Under the pieces are notes generated by a model. The model was not told where the DNA came from. It worked only from the letters and a program-made list of their open reading frames with translations, and ran no database searches. A DNA stretch of 62,797 nt, the filler included, from Stramenopiles sp. TOSAG23-6 (lineage: Eukaryota): the NCBI GenBank assembly GCA_900128565.1. It is 24 parts of 24 records of this genome, joined end to end, with 100 filler letters (N's around TTAATTAATTAA, not from the genome) between each part and the next. Parts side by side here need not be neighbours in the genome. Positions count along the whole stretch, not along the records: positions 57,690 to 60,194 come from LT638005.1; positions 60,295 to 62,797 come from LT638006.1; 22 more parts are not named here. One strand, given 5' to 3'. Shown one piece after another: positions 58,721 to 62,797 of this stretch. The position numbers were made by a program, and so were the translations under genes. The first letter of the stretch is position 1. Each line of letters starts with the position of its first letter.

Positions 58721-58916
58721 GTTTAACTACGCGTTTCTGGTGTAGAAGTATGAAGTGATCACTAAGATACCTATGATAGGAAAATGTAACTGTGAGATCA
58801 GATGAGATGAGTCAACATTACGGGAAAAAAAACAGGTTTGTCTGGTCAAAAGATTTTTTTATTCTTTATTAAAAGTTCTTTAAAATATTATTTCGTCCTT
58901 ACTCTTGACCGATAGT

Positions 58917-60098
58917 TTAGTGTTTCAGTTTCATCCTCTTATTTCCTCGACGACCTTGTCGTAATTTCCGTTGTGGTCGTTTTTTTCGTTTTCTTCGTTT
59001 TTTTCGTTTTTTTCGTTTTTGCTGTTTTTGTTGTTTTTGTCGTTTTTGTCGTTTTTGTTGTTTTTGTTGTTTTTGTCCTTGTTCGTCAGCATCTGAATCT
59101 TCTTCACTTTCATCTTCTAAGTCTTTTACATCTTTTACCACTTCCTGGGTTTCTTTTGCAGCGTCATCTTTATCAACCTCTGCTTGACGCGCCTCCCTTT
59201 TGGCTTTTTCTTCATCTGCTGCAGCAGCTTTCAAATCTTCTTGATTTTCTCCCTTTTCATCATTTGATTCTGCATAATCATTTTTAAGTTCTTTGTGTAA
59301 TTCATCTGTCTCTTCCTTGTGAGCTGCCTCTAAATCTGCCTTTTCTTTTTCAACTTTTTCTCCAAGTTCTGAAACTCTTTTCTCAACAAAGTCACTGGCT
59401 TCTTTTTTTTCTTTCGAATGTTTTTCCCGAAGTTTGTCTAACATTTCTGTTTTTTCTTTTTTAAATTTCAAATGTAAATCTTTTTTTGCTTTTTTCATTT
59501 CTTGTGATAGATCTGCCTTTTCTTTTTCAACTTTTTCTCCAAGTTCTGAAACTCTTTTCTCAACAAAGTCACTGGCTTCTTTTTTTTCTTTCGAAAGTTT
59601 TTCCCGAAGTTTGTCTAACATTTCTGTTTTTTCTTTTTTTTGTTTCAAATGTAAATCTTTTTTTGCTTTTTTCATTTCTTGTGATAGATCTTCTTGTTCT
59701 TTTTGGTGCCCTTTGCTTTGCTCTTTCTTCTGTTTTAATTGATGGGTCTTAAGTTTAGCTTTCACCTCCTTAACTTGAGTTTTTTTAATCTTTGGCTTTT
59801 CTTCTTCAGGAATTGTAGGACCTGTTGGTTTTTTGTTTGTGGGACTTGTATGTCCTGTGCTTGTTACTGCAGGAGGTTGCAATAATGTTTTTATTTGTTG
59901 CCCTTGATGTTGTTGCTGTTGTTGAGATTGTGGATTTCTTTGTCCCTGTTGCAATAGTTGTTGTGATTGTTGTGGTTTTTGTTGTTGTTGTGGTTGCTGT
60001 TGTTGTTGTTGTGGCTGTTGTTGTTGTTGTGGTTGCTGTTGTTTGTGTTGTGGCTGTTGTTGTGGTTGTTGTTGTGGTTTTTGTGGTTGCTGTTGTGG

Positions 60099-60138
<40 letters not shown>

Positions 60139-60140
60139 GG

Positions 60141-60193
<53 letters not shown>

Positions 60194-60194
60194 G
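58917..60194 (-). CDS. Q/K/E-rich low-complexity coiled-coil protein with poly-Q and a ~59-aa duplication (5' partial)
   Basis: Open frame; (CAA)n tract ~59955-60194; DLSQEMKKAKKDLHLK..VEKEKA occurs twice. Confidence 0.6.
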
Positions 60195-60308
60195 NNNNNN
60201 NNNNNNNNNNNNNNNNNNNNNNNNNNNNNNNNNNNNNNTTAATTAATTAANNNNNNNNNNNNNNNNNNNNNNNNNNNNNNNNNNNNNNNNNNNNGAAATA
60301 ATTAAGGT

Positions 60309-62251
60309 ATGTTTTGCACTTTTCTTCTAGCATCCTTGTATATTTTTACAACTTCGTTTGCGGCGATACTGCCTTATGGAAATGATCGACAATTGGCCCT
60401 TGAAAAACTCGAAAGGAATGGTTTAGCGTTGGAATTTCTTCCAGAATATCAAGGCGACGTTTATCTTGTAGATGCTGCCGTATTTCAGAATCCTGATGCT
60501 ATCCAATTTGCTTCTTCACTTGTAAAAGAGCAATATAAATTACGAGATGAAGAGCAAAGGGCTACATTTAAAAAAAATGCTGAACAAAGAGAGCAAAAGG
60601 AGAAAGCTTTAAAAAGGGAAAGTCGCCTATTGGCATTTGAAAAGGGTGCGATGTCGTTTGAAGACCTCAAAGAAGAGGAAAAAAATGATCCAGAATTTCT
60701 ACTTGCTGCAGTGAAAATCGGACAATTTCATTCAGATGCATTGCCAGACAAATATAAGAGCGATGTAAATTTGGCGAAACCTTTCGTTCACCAAAATTTC
60801 AAATTTCTCGAGAAATGTGCAATGTCTATTAAAAATGACAAGAACGTTGTGTTAGAGGCGTGTAGGATGAGTCAATTAAAAAAGATGCAGGGTGGAAATG
60901 GTAGTTTTAAGGCATTTAAGTATGCTAGTCTTGACTTAAGAAATGATGAAGATACAGTAACTGAAGCAATAAGAATTGATTTTCGAACTTTTCAATTTGC
61001 TTCAGATAAACTCAAATCAAACTTAGATGTAATGGTGCGTCTATATCAAGTTGAACCTCGCGTCTTAAAATTCTGTCATAACTCAAAAGTACTTCTGTAT
61101 TTTATACAAAAAGTAGGTTATCAAGTGTTTGAGCTTGGTAGTAGAGATTTAAGAAATAATGAAAATATAGTAACTGAAGCAATAAGAATTGATTATCGAA
61201 CTTTTCAATTTGCTCCAAAGAAATTCAAATCGAGCATAGATGTGATGATGCGTCTATATCAAGTTGAACCTCGCATATTAAATTTCTATGACAACCCAAA
61301 ATATATTCTTCACCTTATTACAAAAAACGGCTACAAGGCATTTGAATATGCAAGTCGTGATTTGAAAGAAGATGAAGATACTGTAACTAAAGCAATGAGA
61401 ATTGATTTTCGAACTTTTCAATTTGCTTCAGAGAAACTTAAATGGAACATAGATGTGATGATGCGTCTATATCAAGTTGAGCGTCGCATACTAAAATTCT
61501 GTCATAACTCAAAAGTTCTTCTGTATTTTGTACAAAAAGAGGGTTATCAAGAGTTTGCGATTGGTAATTTAGGGTTAAGAAATGATGAAAATACAGTTAC
61601 TAAAGCAATAAGAATTGATTATCGAACTTTTCAATTTGCTTCAAAGAAACTCAAATTAAATACAGATGTCGTGATGCGTCTCTATCAAGTTGAGCCTCGG
61701 ATATTACAGTTTGTACATAATGCGATAGTGTTTGCCCCNGAATTTTTTTTNTGCANATTNTTGCGAAGGAGGGCTTGATAGACATTTTCAAGTCAAGCGA
61801 AGTAATTTGGATAAAATTATTTAAAGATCAAAACTTTTCCTCCTCAGATCAAAGAAAAGCTGAAATTGTGCTCTATTTGATGAATCAAATCAAATACGAT
61901 AGAAGTTTCCTTCCAAATCCTCTTTCAACAGAAATGTGGCGTCTTGTCATGTTTGCGAACTTTATGATTGATCTTTTAAAGCCTGTACCAACGGATCCCC
62001 GTGTTCCGGAAAAAGCTGTTGCGAAAGAAATGCCCCTAAATAAGAAAAGAAATAGTATTACACAGGATTCTTCTGTTCAACGTGCTGAGGAAGATTCTGA
62101 AGCAGTGTCAAAGAAAAGAAAGGTGGAACACTTGACGGGACAGATAATGGATTCTTTTGAAATGAAGTCTCTTATTCGACGTGCTACGGAAGATGCTGTC
62201 GAAAAAANAANGCAAAANTATCAAAAAAAAAANGCTANTGNATNCTTTTGA
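60309..62251 (+). CDS. DUF4116-like repeat protein with a putative signal peptide; frame break coincides with N bases near 61740-61760
   Basis: ~70-aa repeats AF.YAS.DLRNDE.TV..AIRID.RTFQFAS.KLK...DVM.RLYQVEPR. Confidence 0.7.
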
Positions 62252-62413
62252 AATGGAGTCTCTTCTTTGACGTGTTACAGAAGATGCTGTCGAAAAAAAA
62301 ATGCAAAAGTATAAAAATCACTGTGTGTAGTATAAAAACATATCAATCATATATCCTTCATAATCTTTATTCTTGAAATTATTAAGTGTTATATCTTTCA
62401 CCATTAAAGTCTG

Positions 62414-62797
62414 TTAAAAAGGCCTTGATGTTGAAGGGTCATTTCCTGTATTGTAACGTAGAAAATGACTTGCATCTCCACGAGAAAGTGCATTATTCAC
62501 ATTACCATTATATTGCTGGTATGGAAATTGAACATTTTGCTGCGACACAAATTGATGACTGTTATTAGGTGTATTCGGCATTACTCTTGATTGTGGTGGC
62601 ATATACGGCGGTGCAAAAGAATTATTATATTGCATGTTTGGTAGATTTGACACATGTGGTGGTCTGTACTGTTGATGGGAGAAGCGACTATTAGTCATTT
62701 GGTGGTGAATTGCTTGAAAATTACCCTGTCTAAATGAACGAGGATTCATATTCTGATTCATATTTTGATGCATATTCTGATTCATATTCTGATTCAT
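62414..62797 (-). CDS. N/Q/M-rich low-complexity protein fragment
   Basis: Open frame with MNQN repeats at the window edge. Confidence 0.45.
   Translation of the reverse strand: MNQNMNQNMHQNMNQNMNPRSFRQGNFQAIHHQMTNSRFSHQQYRPPHVSNLPNMQYNNSFAPPYMPPQSRVMPNTPNNSHQFVSQQNVQFPYQQYNGNVNNALSRGDASHFLRYNTGNDPSTSRPF

Noticed and set aside
59825-60250. Poly-Val, poly-Leu and poly-Cys ORFs, and many short F/K-rich ORFs elsewhere
   Set aside because: Antisense or off-frame readings of (CAA)n tracts, poly-A/T introns and real genes
61736-61780. Two-gene or frameshift structure of the DUF4116-like ORF
   Set aside because: The break coincides with N calls, so it is likely low-quality sequence
1-62797. rRNA, tRNA, or transposase/reverse transcriptase genes
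   Set aside because: None recognised by eye; no autonomous partner for the intron family is visible in this window

Overview
This is not one locus. It is 24 unrelated ~2.5-kb contigs joined by artificial N/TTAATTAATTAA/N spacers, and three of them (36765-44518) are near-identical copies. The source is an AT-rich eukaryote using the standard genetic code. An axonemal dynein suggests a flagellated protist, possibly a stramenopile, but the taxon cannot be fixed from this window. Recognisable gene fragments include dynein heavy chain, FGAM synthase, NO66/RIOX1, a HECT E3 ligase, quinone oxidoreductase, sulfite oxidase, MORC, a PDK1-like kinase, CLC/SulP/TPC/MFS transporters, TYW2, LicD, an AMBRA1-like WD40 protein, an H1-FKBP fusion and a homolog of the p1 subunit of the MTA1c 6mA methyltransferase complex. 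The main signal is a family of ~85-220-nt intervening sequences: 24 distinct complete copies plus several truncated ones. They lie in the sense orientation of their host genes, with the consensus exon-AT|GTATGT..polyT..CGTACGAAATTTTGTACCTAAC..AAATATTTTTCCAAAATACAT|exon. Conserved proteins are restored only if most copies are removed without an AG acceptor (read as GT-AT, or equivalently AT-AC or TG-CA because of a 2-nt direct repeat). Short terminal inverted repeats plus the direct repeat suggest transposon-derived introners. A second recurring signal is (TTAGGG)2-4 embedded in coding sequence and introns. No RNA data are available, so splicing is inferred from restored reading frames only.
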